DNA of 64,000 nt from Eledone cirrhosa (GCA_964016885.1 OZ024743.1:219356001-219420000); one strand, 5' to 3'; shown: positions 41,171 through 54,527, counted from the first letter of the stretch. The notes: a model not told the origin generated them from the letters alone. Numbers and translations: made by a program.

Positions 41171-41277
41171 GTAAAGTGGACACATGGAAAAAATGGTTGA
41201 CAGTTGAACAAAGTGAAATAGTGGATGCCAAGATACAGTCAGAATTGATTGATCAAGAAATCAAGTTTAATTTTTGA
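41171..41277 (+). CDS. Sulfotransferase-fold gene, coding exon 5 (terminal)
   Basis: TTTTACAG| acceptor; (G)KVDTWKKWLTVEQSEIVDAKIQSELIDQEIKFNF*; contains the KxxxTVxxxE dimerisation motif. Confidence 0.9.
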
Positions 41278-41417
41278 ATTATTCATTAGAATTTATAATT
41301 AGCATTTTGAGCTCAGCTGAATATTTAAGGCCAAATATGAAAATTTATTTGGGATCAGCAATTATATATATAACCTTTTTTCATTTTTTCCACTTTTTTC
41401 CACTGCTTACTCTTCTC

Positions 41418-41453
41418 TTTTCTGATGAAGGACTAGTGTCTGAAACGTTAAGA
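41418..41453 (+). ncRNA. Minimal hammerhead motif in the probable 3' UTR
   Basis: TTTT-CTGATGA-A-GGAC(tagt)GTCT-GAAACGTT-AAGA; palindromic AACGTT stem III; stem I is weak. Confidence 0.6.
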
Positions 41454-41888
41454 CTCTTTTTCTATTATATCAAACATAAAACCAATATATTTCTTCATGG
41501 TACAGTGTTGATTATTTGGTTATTTCTGTTTACCTTTTGCACACACACACACACATATATATTTCTATACTACAAGCCGAATATTACATAAAAGAGGGAC
41601 ATCCCCCAACTATATAAACCTTAATCTAGTTAGAAAAATATAAAAACAATATCTTCTCAACATATATTAATAACCTTAAATTACCACACTAATAATGGAA
41701 AGATATGCTGATGAGAATAGGTGCAAATATGCGATAATGAATGTGTCTAAAAACGTCCATAAGTATGTATATATATGTGAAAATGTATATAAATAAGTAA
41801 ATATATATATATGTTTGATGTGTATAGTTAGATGTAAGTGTATTCATGTATTAAAGTGCTTATATATATGTGTATATATATGTGTATA

Positions 41889-41931
<43 letters not shown>

Positions 41932-42873
41932 GTATATGTATATATATATGTATATGTATGTATATATGTGTATATGGATGTGTATGTATGTGTATGTGTG
42001 TACACATGGCCTAGAGTAAGTATGTATATATGTGTGTGTCTATACATGTGTATATAAAGATAAGTTGAGTATGAAAATGTATACACATTGTATGTACATG
42101 AATACATGTCATCATCATCATCATCATTTCATTTTACGTCCACTTTTCCCTGCTTGCAAGGGTGGGACGGGAACTGATTCTGGCTTGATTTCTACAGCTG
42201 GATGCCCTTCCTAACACCAACCTCATTTACAGTGAGTGCTGGGTGCTTTTTTGCTGTGGCACCTCCACGACCACTTTGCAGTGGAATTATAGGGACCTCA
42301 GTCCCTATCATCTCATTTCTACAGCTGAGTAAACTGGAGCAATGTGAAATAAAGTGTCTTGCTCAAGGAAACAACACATCAACCAGTCTGGGAATTGAAC
42401 TCACAACCTTTCGATTGCAAGGCCAATGCTCTAACCACTAAGCCATGTGCCTCCATGTGTGTATATATATGTGTGTATATATATGTGTATGCATGTGTAT
42501 ATATATGTAAGTATGAATATGTAAATTGTGAGTATATGTATTTTGTAGAGGTGTGCAAATATATTTGTGTGTGAATGCGTGGGTGAAAGGATATGTACAC
42601 TTGAAAGAAAAATTTAAGTCTGAATGTTAATTAAGTGCAAACACAAAACCAACCACGCATATCTTTACTATCTCTAATCCTTCTATAGATTTAGAAAAAT
42701 AACCAATAATATATTCTATAAAAAATGTCAAAACAACAGATGGGAATCTAATTACTCACTGCCACCAAGAATTCTCACTGCTATCGAAAAACCACTCCTT
42801 CAACTATTCTTCTAACAACTTCACCCCTCCCTCCTAATATTCTCTATAAAAACTAAATAGGTCCTCAGTAATA

Positions 42874-42993
42874 TTATTCTGATGAAATGACAGTAAATAA
42901 TAACATTGAAATATTGAATGTCTGCATAACTAAAAGTTTGTAGATAGCAGCTGTTTTAGGTTATGTAACTGTTATAGAAACACGTGTCAATAA
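42874..42993 (+). ncRNA. Type I hammerhead fold with extended stem II
   Basis: TTATT-CTGATGA...ATGACAGT/ACTGTTAT...GAAACACGTGTC^-AATAA; the stem II closing pair is mismatched. Confidence 0.6.
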
Positions 42994-43025
42994 ATTCCTT
43001 TCAACTAAACTGTATCCATTCAAAT

Positions 43026-43104
<79 letters not shown>

Positions 43105-43253
43105 GATTTTGAGTATATGTTGGTTGTATACCAACACCTCAGTATTCAGGCTGGAGCACTCGACGAAGTGCGCAGGTTGGTTTGGTTACTCCGGAGTAAT
43201 GTAAAATAAAGTTAAATAAAAAGTCAAATGTTTAAAATTTAGCTTCGTTTATT

Positions 43254-43308
43254 ACTGCTATATATATTTCAGTGACAGCCATCTTTGGCTGTGACCTCTT
43301 CAGGCAGT
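43254..43308 (-). ncRNA. Minimal type I hammerhead ribozyme (second copy of the 25386-25440 family)
   Basis: ACTGC-CTGAAGA-GGTCACAGCCA(aaga)TGGCTGTCACT-GAAA-TATATATA^-GCAGT. Confidence 0.82.
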
Positions 43309-44299
43309 CCGAATTAGTGTAGTATAGACAAGTACATATGTTATTGTGGTGTATAACATTGTCAATACACTGATATGCCCAGTTCCTGGTTGGGTTGTTA
43401 TTTCACTGAGGAACTGGAATCATATGAATTCAAACAAACGAATTTCAGTGTCAAAGGGCCTCTTCTCCTCTCATTGGTCAGTTGTTAGAACATTCCTCAT
43501 TCTAAGTGTTGTTATTGTTTGAGTTAGCTTAAAAAATTGATAAAGTGGTAGAAGGGACAAGGTGTTAAAGGAACAAAATAACAAAATAAGTGTCAAACTT
43601 CCCATTGGTCAGTTCTGAGAGCATTCCTCAGTCAGAAGTCTATAGAATTCTTTCTGGGGTGAGGCTCCCTGTAGTGTTTGTGTTTGCTATTGTTAAGTAC
43701 ATTTGACCTCTACCATTATTTTGGCAGTGTTGTTGGTGTTGTGGTCAGCTTATGTCTTGCTTCTGTTGACAATTTAGAAGTCTCTGTGTGTGTTTTTTCT
43801 TCATCCCTCCTGCCACCATCTCTCATAGTGGTGGTGGTGGGGGTGGTGGTTGGGGTTTCTTCCATGTATATGAAGAAATATAAGGCAATATATGAAGAAA
43901 ACAGAAAATAAATAATATAATTTGTATAATTTGAAAATAAATAATAAATAGAGAATAAAGAATAAAGAATAAATTAAAAATTGGTGAAAAAGTAATGAAA
44001 ATGAATATGGAGAAGTGAAAAATAAAATGAAGATTCAAATAAAGTAGGATAAAGTGTGTGTGTGCTATAACCAATCTCAAGGTCAGAAATATGTTGGATA
44101 GATTGGTATGAGGAACAAGATGTTAAAATAAGATAATCAAACAAAATGTGTTTGTGTAATAATCAATCTCAACTTAAAAATAAATATAAGGTTATACAGT
44201 GAAGAGGGCAGAAAACAAATAACAAATTAATAAAGAGAAATCAAGATTTAAAATTGGGACTTGAAAGTCAGAAATCAAGTAAATTAAAATGTGTTTGTG

Positions 44300-44827
44300 T
44301 TATATAGATGTTGGCCAAATTATAATGGCTGTGTCCGATTCAATCTCTAGGCTATCATGGTGTCTGTTCAGCCTGGGTTGTTCCCTATGTCTTGAGGGGA
44401 GTTCACAACCTAGGGTGTTGTTACTGCCCATATAGCTTGAGGGGAGTTCACATCTTCTTGTGTTGCTACTGTCCATATATCTAAGGTGTCTGCATGTCCC
44501 GAAGAAGTCGGTTCTGAGGTTTATCAGGCTGCTTCCACTCCTTAGTATCTCGAGGATCTCGTTCAGACATAGTTTGCATATGCCAGATCCCCCTTTATCG
44601 GGTGGTACTTTCCTGATTATGTACCAGGCCAGAGAGTACGGGGTCCTGTCCAGCTTAAGTTTCCAGATCAGGTTGGAGAGAGCCGTGCTTTTCCTTTTGG
44701 CCTCCTTATTGAATGAATGGCGATGGTTGTACCAGCGGTCTTTAAAACTCGTTGATGTGGCTCCTATGTAGAGGTGTTCGGAGTTGGGGGTTTTAACCCT
44801 ACAACCGTATACTAGGTTCTTCTTGAG

Positions 44828-44830
<3 letters not shown>
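44300..44830 (-). pseudogene. Penelope-like GIY-YIG endonuclease fragment (second family)
   Basis: NLVYGC...LYIGAT...FKDRWYNH...[12 protein letters not shown]...CKLCLNE...LINLRTD...CRH; a same-strand hammerhead lies about 1 kb downstream. Confidence 0.88.
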
Positions 44831-44924
<94 letters not shown>

Positions 44925-44939
44925 GTGTGTGTGCAAAAG

Positions 44940-45072
<133 letters not shown>

Positions 45073-45450
45073 AGAGTGTATATAATAATTTTTAATATTG
45101 GTACAGATAAAAGGAAAAGTTGAACTCGGTGAGGTTTCAATTCAGAAGACAAAGGAACATAAGGATAGTAGTAGTAGTAGTTTTTGCTGTTTTGTGTTTC
45201 TCATATATTACTACAAAACAAGATGTGAGAAGGGGTATGATGTATTAGTTATTTCTACTAATTCAGAGAGAAAGTTTGTGTAAGGGCAATGTGAGATATG
45301 AGTTTTATAAGAAGTTGGGAGGAAGGGCTGGCAGTGTTTTTTGTTACATATACAGATATACTTACATTAGCTTCATTAATGTTTCCTTAATGTGATACCT
45401 GTGTGGAAAATAAAGAAATTATTATTATTTAGAAGCAACCATCTCCCTAT

Positions 45451-47239
45451 TGTAGTAATGACTGAATAAATTTGAATAAAAATAGTAATATTTAGAGTTG
45501 TTTGTTCTTTTATTATGTAACTCTAAGAAAGTCTTCATTTAATATTATTTGTTCAATGTATTATACGACTGCTTAAACTATGTGAAGTTTATTACACAAA
45601 TTATACATTCTTTCCTATACCATATACATCTCTCTCCCAACCGCTCTTGGCCAGAGAACGACTGGACATCCATCTATCCATCACCCAAAGATACAATGTA
45701 ATAAGGTAAAAGTAATAGAAGAGCTCAAAGTTCAAAATATAGTTCACAGGTGTGCAATCACATGACAGCAGGAAAGAAAGTGTGTTCCAGAGAATGAATG
45801 CAGGTGGTTTCTGTTCTGTGGTATATCGTGAAATTTCCAACCTCCGAATGGATTTTCTCACAGGAAGAGTGCTGCAAAAATAAATTCTCTGGCTTTGGTG
45901 AAGCTGTGTTGATGTATTGCTGTTGCTGTTATATTGCTGTTGCTGCTGCTGTTGTCTCGCTGAGTGAGCGTATTCGGTGTTTAAATTCACAGTAAAAAAA
46001 TTTTTTTTTAGAAAAAAAATGAGTTGCGCAAAGAGCTAGAAATAGCAGCCGAAGTTGATGGTCGATGTTGAGAATGCGTTGACCTGGAAGGGTCAAGAGG
46101 CCAGCGACCAGAGAAATAAGCATTCTTAATAAATGCGCGGTTATCAACGGTAAATTTACATTGTAAATTTATAAACCGGCAAATAGAAGAATATAGCTTA
46201 AGGCTGAAGAATCCCTGGTGATAAATGGCGTGCGGCTGTCTGTGAGTAGAGACATCTCAGTGAATCGAGAATTTATGCTGCCTACACGTGCCAATACAAG
46301 GTTGAAAAAAAAATATTTCTAACGCGCGAGAAAATGATAGTGCAATTTTGAAAGTGACAATGATGAAAAAGAAAGGCTTCAATCAGCATAATTATAGGTG
46401 TGAACTTTGGAAAAAAACAAAAAACTTGAACGATGAAGAAAACGAAGAACAAAAGGCAATGGTTCATCGAAAATAAATGTTCCTGTTGAAATGTTTTTTA
46501 AAGAATATCAAATTTCTTTTTTTTTTTTTTTGTGTTTTGAAAGAGTTCGTTGTAAGAAACGAGAAACATATATATATATCGTGAAATGTTTTTTTTGTTT
46601 TGAAAGTGTTCGTTGTAAGAAACGAGAAACATATATATATATATTGGTGAAATGCGACAGTTAATTGATGCGTGAGAGAAAAAGTATGTCTGTGCGAATT
46701 CCACATGTGCGTGTGTGCGTGTCCTTGAGTATTTTCATAGTTTGTCGCTAAATTTGCTGTGTATTCGTAATGTTACTCACAAAACCAGATGTGCTATTTT
46801 TTTCTTTTTTTTGGGGGGTGACCCTTATAGCGATGAACGGCTGCGTGTTCGTATCACGTCAGGGTTACCAATATAGAGATGATTACTGGGTTGTATGAAT
46901 GTAACAAAACGAGACAATGTTTGTGTATATAATATTTAATTAACGGTAGATAGAATACTTGACATGTCAAAGATAGATGTTAGAATGAAACAAAGTTAGT
47001 GGTTACCGTTTTGATTGCCAGGCAAACGCGGCTGGCAGAGGGCGCCTGGCTAAGGCCAGGCGCCTGTTGGCCAAATTAATGGCAGAGCCAAATGAGAAGA
47101 CTCTTGACCTGGTGCCGAAAAGGCAAAGAGAGAGAGGAAGCTTAAAGTTGTTAGTTTTATAGGGCTCTGACCGGAAGTTGCAGAAAGGGTTCCACTTCTC
47201 GTCTAGATCCCAATCAAAACAAGGGAGACAACCGCTACA
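45451..47239 (-). mobile_element. Non-autonomous LTR element related to the Gypsy at 1-4403 (copy 1)
   Basis: 5' LTR 47239-46872 starts TGTAGC and shares ACTTCCGGTCA..CCCTATAAAA with the 3922 LTR. tRNA-Trp PBS TGGTAACCCTGACGTGAT at 46870-46853. Region 46200-45720 matches the Gypsy 3' UTR (3453-3805). PPT GGGAGAGAGA. Confidence 0.8.
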
Positions 47240-47257
47240 CATCTCTCTCAAAATCTG

Positions 47258-47339
47258 CATGTGTATATATATGTGTATGTGTATGTGTGTATGTATATAT
47301 ATATGTATATGTGTATATGTGCGTGGGCGTGTATGTGTG

Positions 47340-47388
<49 letters not shown>

Positions 47389-47629
47389 ATGTATGTATGT
47401 ATATATGTGTGTGTATATATATATGTATGTCTCTCTATTTATATGTCTATCTTCGTATCTGTGTGGGTACATGTGTGTATGTGCATGTATGCACATGTAT
47501 ATGTTTACGTGTATATGTGTGTATGTGTATATATGTACGTGTGCGCACATATATATGTGAGTGTGTGTGTGTGTGTGTGTATATGTATATATATATGTAT
47601 ATCTATGTGTGTATATATGTCTATATTCG

Positions 47630-47696
<67 letters not shown>

Positions 47697-48280
47697 TATT
47701 ATTATAATATAACTTATGTGTATGTGTGTATATGTGAGGGTGTGTATATGTATATATATGTGTATATATATGTGTAAAAAAATATATATGTGTATGTCTG
47801 TTTTTTTTTTTGTTTTTTTTTGTGTGTGTGTATATATATGTATGTGTATACATATGTGTATGTGTGTGTTTGTATGTGTGTTTATCGTTGTATGTGTGTG
47901 TGGGTGTGTATATATATAAATGTATGTGTATATATATATATATATATATGTGTATATATATCTCTATTAATGTGTGTATATATGTATATGTATATGCCTT
48001 TTTCTTTGTATGTCTGAGTTGTGTGAGGGTGTAGTGGTGTTTGTATGTATATACGCATATATGGATGCGTATGTATTTGTATATATGAGTATATGTAAGT
48101 GCGTATGTATGTATGAATATATATCTAATTCTATGTATGAGTATATATGTGTGTGTATGTATGTTGTGTGTGTATGTATGTATGTGTCTATGTGTGTATA
48201 TATATGTATATATGTGTGTATGTGTATGTATGTATGTCTATGTATGTACATATATGTCTATGTATGTGTGTATGTATATG

Positions 48281-48335
<55 letters not shown>

Positions 48336-48525
48336 TTATTTTATATATATGTGTGTGTGTGTATGTGTGTGTGTGTATATATATCTTTATATATGTGTAT
48401 GTGTATGTTCGTGTAGGTGTATGTGTGTGTATGACTATATATGTATGTGTGTATGTGTGTATGTATGTATATGTATGTGTGTGTACATGTATGTATGTGT
48501 ATGTATGTATATGTGTGTATATGTG

Positions 48526-48572
<47 letters not shown>

Positions 48573-48875
48573 ATATATATGTATATATATATATGTATAT
48601 GTATCTCTATTTGTATATGTATATGTGTATAGGTATATACCTTTTTCTTTGTATGTCTGAGTTGTGTGAGAGTGTAGTGGTGTTTGTATGTATATACCGA
48701 TATATGGATGCGTAAGTATTTGTGGTTATGTATGTATGTATGTCTGTATGTATTTGTGTATATATAGGTATGTATGTGTATATCTGTATGTATATAAGTA
48801 TGTATGTGTATGTATATGTGCGTGTATGTGTGTATATATATGTGTGTCTATATAGTATGTGTGATTATATGTGTA

Positions 48876-48934
<59 letters not shown>

Positions 48935-49031
48935 GTATGTGTGTATATGTGTGTATGTGTGTATATGTATATGTTTATATATGTGTGTGTATGTATGTTC
49001 TAAGTGTGGATGTGTGTATATGTATGTGTGT

Positions 49032-49093
<62 letters not shown>

Positions 49094-49120
49094 ATATATA
49101 TATATATATATATATTTTCT
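47258..49120. repeat. TA/TG compound microsatellite block
   Basis: Continuous (TA)n/(TG)n mosaic. Confidence 0.95.
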
Positions 49121-49726
49121 TGATATATTTCTTTTTTCTTTTCTTTTTCTTTTCTTTCCTTTTTAATTTTTATTTTTTATTTTCTTAGTTTATAGATACA
49201 TCTATAATAAGCAGTCTGCCCAAACCGTTGAATACTGACCTCTCCCCCCCTCCCACCTAATTTCTGTATCTTGATCTAAATGTGTGTGGCAGTGTTTATG
49301 TGAGTGAATTAATATCCATGTGCTTATGATATCCACATATATATATATGTGAGTGGGGGTGTGTGTGTGTTTGTATGTTCGTAATTATGTGTATGTTTAT
49401 GCATATACGCGCGCGTGTGTGTGATTGTACGGATATGTGTGAGTATGAGAATATGTGTATACACTTATTTCAAATTTATGTGTCTATACGCATCTTATCT
49501 GTGCATTATAAACTTACAGAGACATTAACCTTGAAATTTTGTATTTGCATCCATCCTTTTGGTATGCGTATACATGTTGAGCATACATTTTTGTAAAATA
49601 TGTGTAAGGGTAGTTACATGTATATACACACACCGAACTGCATAAAACCTTTTGTATTTTCATTGGTGAATTTTGTTCCCAAACGGACCTGAAATTTTGA
49701 ATTGTTGTTATTATCAATAAATATAT

Positions 49727-49880
49727 TTCATTATTTCTGAAGACGGCGTATATATGTGTTGGTATGTATATTTAATCTTGATAGTTTGTATAATTCTGTA
49801 TAATTTTGTACATAGATCTGTTGAATATGCATACCAATTCTAACACATATATATCCTAGAAACGATCGTTAAATAATGAA
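49727..49880 (+). ncRNA. Type I hammerhead fold with long stem II
   Basis: Stem I TTCATTATTT/AAATAATGAA (10 bp perfect); CTGAAGA; stem II TATATATGTGTT/AACACATATATA and GGTATG/CATACC; GAAACGATCGTT^ palindromic stem III. Confidence 0.72.
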
Positions 49881-49934
49881 CTTTTTTTGTTTAATATAAG
49901 GAACTGTTTCATTGTTTTATTCATTATTTGTTTA

Positions 49935-50027
<93 letters not shown>

Positions 50028-50042
50028 GTGTGTGTGCAAAAG

Positions 50043-50137
<95 letters not shown>

Positions 50138-50515
50138 AGAGTGTATATAATAATTTTTAATATTGGTACAGATAAAAGGAAAAGTTGAACTCGGTGAGGT
50201 TTCAATTCAGAAGACAAAGGAACATAAGGATAGTAGTAGTAGTAGTTTTTGCTGTTTTGTGTTTCTCATATATTACTACAAAACAAGATGTGAGAAGGGG
50301 TATGATGTATTAGTTATTTCTACTAATTCAGAGAGAAAGTTTGTGTAAGGGCAATGTGAGATATGAGTTTTATAAGAAGTTGGGAGGAAGGGCTGGCAGT
50401 GTTTTTTGTTACATATACAGATATACTTACATTAGCTTCATTAATGTTTCCTTAATGTGATACCTGTGTGGAAAATAAAGAAATTATTATTATTTAGAAG
50501 CAACCATCTCCCTAT

Positions 50516-52304
50516 TGTAGTAATGACTGAATAAATTTGAATAAAAATAGTAATATTTAGAGTTGTTTGTTCTTTTATTATGTAACTCTAAGAAAGTCTT
50601 CATTTAATATTATTTGTTCAATGTATTATACGACTGCTTAAACTATGTGAAGTTTATTACACAAATTATACATTCTTTCCTATACCATATACATCTCTCT
50701 CCCAACCGCTCTTGGCCAGAGAACGACTGGACATCCATCTATCCATCACCCAAAGATACAATGTAATAAGGTAAAAGTAATAGAAGAGCTCAAAGTTCAA
50801 AATATAGTTCACAGGTGTGCAATCACATGACAGCAGGAAAGAAAGTGTGTTCCAGAGAATGAATGCAGGTGGTTTCTGTTCTGTGGTATATCGTGAAATT
50901 TCCAACCTCCGAATGGATTTTCTCACAGGAAGAGTGCTGCAAAAATAAATTCTCTGGCTTTGGTGAAGCTGTGTTGATGTATTGCTGTTGCTGTTATATT
51001 GCTGTTGCTGCTGCTGTTGTCTCGCTGAGTGAGCGTATTCGGTGTTTAAATTCACAGTAAAAAAATTTTTTTTTAGAAAAAAAATGAGTTGCGCAAAGAG
51101 CTAGAAATAGCAGCCGAAGTTGATGGTCGATGTTGAGAATGCGTTGACCTGGAAGGGTCAAGAGGCCAGCGACCAGAGAAATAAGCATTCTTAATAAATG
51201 CGCGGTTATCAACGGTAAATTTACATTGTAAATTTATAAACCGGCAAATAGAAGAATATAGCTTAAGGCTGAAGAATCCCTGGTGATAAATGGCGTGCGG
51301 CTGTCTGTGAGTAGAGACATCTCAGTGAATCGAGAATTTATGCTGCCTACACGTGCCAATACAAGGTTGAAAAAAAAATATTTCTAACGCGCGAGAAAAT
51401 GATAGTGCAATTTTGAAAGTGACAATGATGAAAAAGAAAGGCTTCAATCAGCATAATTATAGGTGTGAACTTTGGAAAAAAACAAAAAACTTGAACGATG
51501 AAGAAAACGAAGAACAAAAGGCAATGGTTCATCGAAAATAAATGTTCCTGTTGAAATGTTTTTTAAAGAATATCAAATTTCTTTTTTTTTTTTTTTGTGT
51601 TTTGAAAGAGTTCGTTGTAAGAAACGAGAAACATATATATATATCGTGAAATGTTTTTTTTGTTTTGAAAGTGTTCGTTGTAAGAAACGAGAAACATATA
51701 TATATATATTGGTGAAATGCGACAGTTAATTGATGCGTGAGAGAAAAAGTATGTCTGTGCGAATTCCACATGTGCGTGTGTGCGTGTCCTTGAGTATTTT
51801 CATAGTTTGTCGCTAAATTTGCTGTGTATTCGTAATGTTACTCACAAAACCAGATGTGCTATTTTTTTCTTTTTTTGGGGGGGTGACCCTTATAGCGATG
51901 AACGGCTGCGTGTTCGTATCACGTCAGGGTTACCAATATAGAGATGATTACTGGGTTGTATGAATGTAACAAAACGAGACAATGTTTGTGTATATAATAT
52001 TTAATTAACGGTAGATAGAATACTTGACATGTCAAAGATAGATGTTAGAATGAAACAAAGTTAGTGGTTACCGTTTTGATTGCCAGGCAAACGCGGCTGG
52101 CAGAGGGCGCCTGGCTAAGGCCAGGCGCCTGTTGGCCAAATTAATGGCAGAGCCAAATGAGAAGACTCTTGACCTGGTGCCGAAAAGGCAAAGAGAGAGA
52201 GGAAGCTTAAAGTTGTTAGTTTTATAGGGCTCTGACCGGAAGTTGCAGAAAGGGTTCCACTTCTCGTCTAGATCCCAATCAAAACAAGGGAGACAACCGC
52301 TACA
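50516..52304 (-). mobile_element. Non-autonomous LTR element (copy 2, within the duplication)
   Basis: Same sequence as 45451-47239 at offset 5065. Confidence 0.8.
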
Positions 52305-53747
52305 CATCTCTCTCAAAATCTGATTTTGGTTGGTACTTTATTTTATCGATCTCAGAAGGATGAAAGCAAATAATTTTTGGTGGAGGAGTTATCTGTCGGA
52401 GAGGAACGGTATGTGTCCTCTGCTGTTTGCTGTTTGTGACTAACTGAGGTATTCTGCAGAGCGCACGTGCGCGCGGAATAGGTGCGGTCTAGCAAAGGTT
52501 GAAGCAGTTCTTTTAATTGTGGGAGTGGGATGGCGTTAGCTGTCAATCCATTGTACTATTTATCTGTGCTGGTTTTTGGTATTAGCAGTGTAGTATAGTC
52601 GTATGGTAGTAGTCTGCCTGGTCGGTGGAAGGTGGCGGTGCTACACACACAATAACCATCGTTCGAATGCCACTGTATGTGTGTGTGCGTGTGTTGTTGT
52701 CTTGTTTGTTTACACCAACCACCTCATCTCGCTTCTCTCGGATCGGTTATTTATCTGTTTGTGAGCGAGGCTGGGTACCCGTTCGTCTCCAGCACTTTGA
52801 GGAATCGCTTGGTGTGGGTGACACCACTCATGGGATCACTGCATCTTTTTTTAATTCACGTGATCTCGTTCGTGATGTACCCTCTTTTAGCACTGTTAGG
52901 GAGGGCAGACTTGTAGTGGACGACAAGTCCTTGCAGGCTGCCTTGCTGTTTCTAATGCAGGTACAAGACAAATCATTTGGGGAGAGAGGAAAGTTGGTTA
53001 CATAGATCTCAGTACATGATCGGTATTATATTTTATCAACTCCAGAAAGATGAAAGACAAAGTTAACTTTGGTAGGGTTTGAACTTAGAATCTCCATCCA
53101 TTGCTGTTGATAGATCTAATAATAGAAACAGTGATTTCATATATTAATACAAACTTCTCATTTGGGAGTGTAATTAATAGTAAACCTATCAAGCTGTCTT
53201 TTGTTCTGTGTTTTTATAATGGTTAGTACCATATTCTCAAATAATATTCTTGTGGTAAATCTATACATATTATAAGAGATGTTTGTTGGTTGGTTTCTTC
53301 GCACATCACACAAAAACGAAAACTGACAATCGAAAAGTAAGTACAGGAATGGAGTAATAGTATATCCAGGAAGGGTTATTTATACTAATTTCATAATATC
53401 AAAGAAGAAGAAAAACAACCTGACTGCTATTTTTAGCAGGTTGGGAATCAACCATAAGGGATTATCTCAGTGCATTTGTTGTCAGTGATAATTGTGTTTT
53501 GAAGTCAGCATCTCCGATTCGAATGGTGGTTTACACACACACACACACACACCACACACGCACATACACACACCACACGCATATTTATATATATATGACT
53601 CAGAGACGGCGGGGCATTGTAACAACATGTTGCTTTGTTCGTCTCTGGGTCAAAAACTTAAGCACATTTTTTTCTTCTCTGTTTTTTATTTGCTTGTTTC
53701 CTTAAAGTTTACCATCTTTCTGTTGGTATACATTTATTACACAATTT

Positions 53748-53805
53748 ACACCTGAAGATGTCACCAGGTTCTTACGCAACATGGCCACTGAAATGTGCAT
53801 AATGT
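53748..53805 (+). ncRNA. Degenerate hammerhead relic
   Basis: CTGAAGA...CCA/TGG...GAAATGTGCATA^; stems I and II are imperfect. Confidence 0.35.
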
Positions 53806-53861
53806 TTACAGAAATAAATAATTAAGGAAATTCAACATATTTTGCCTCGTGTCATTTCACT

Positions 53862-53925
<64 letters not shown>

Positions 53926-53929
<4 letters not shown>

Positions 53930-54041
53930 AACCAGTAAGACCTCGACGGCTGAGCTCAAACCGTTTCGACGGCTAATTCTGAATTCAGAATTAGCCGTCG
54001 AAACGGTTTGAGCTCAGCTGTCGGGGTCTTACTGGTTCCTA
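53926..54041. repeat. 116-bp spacerless palindrome
   Basis: Centred on GAATTC (53981-53986); two mismatches, both G-U compatible on +. Confidence 0.92.
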
Positions 54042-54142
54042 TTACCCACTCTACTACCCTAAGTATTGAGTACTTTGGTGCGTTATGGTCCACCTGGTTC
54101 CTTACCACATTTCCTTCGTTATATATATATATATATATATAT

Positions 54143-54472
54143 ATCATCATCAGCGTTTAGCGTCCGTGTTCCACGCTTGCATGGGTTTGGACGGGGGTTT
54201 TCCCACTTGAGGCAAGAGTGATTGTCTTGCTCGCATAGGACTGTCTGGCAGGTTTTCTACAGTTGGATGCTCTTCCTAACACCAACCACATTTACAGTGT
54301 GGGGCTGGGAGGTTTTTACCGTGTTGCCTACACGGCAACATTACAGCGTGGACTGTGTGTTTTTTTGTCGTGACACCTACACGATCTCATTCGTTTCGGC
54401 CTGAATGGTGTGGCACCAGCATAACTTTACATAGAAGGGGGCGGTGTGGACGGGGTGGGGGTGGTGGGACGG

Positions 54473-54475
<3 letters not shown>
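54143..54475 (-). mobile_element. RTE 3' UTR fragment
   Basis: Matches 15730-16060. Confidence 0.8.

Positions 54476-54527
<52 letters not shown>

Noticed and set aside
52350-52920. GC-richer stretch with LKVLETNGYP on -, reminiscent of a Penelope RT C-terminus
   Set aside because: A single short motif amid stops; cannot be assigned without a search.
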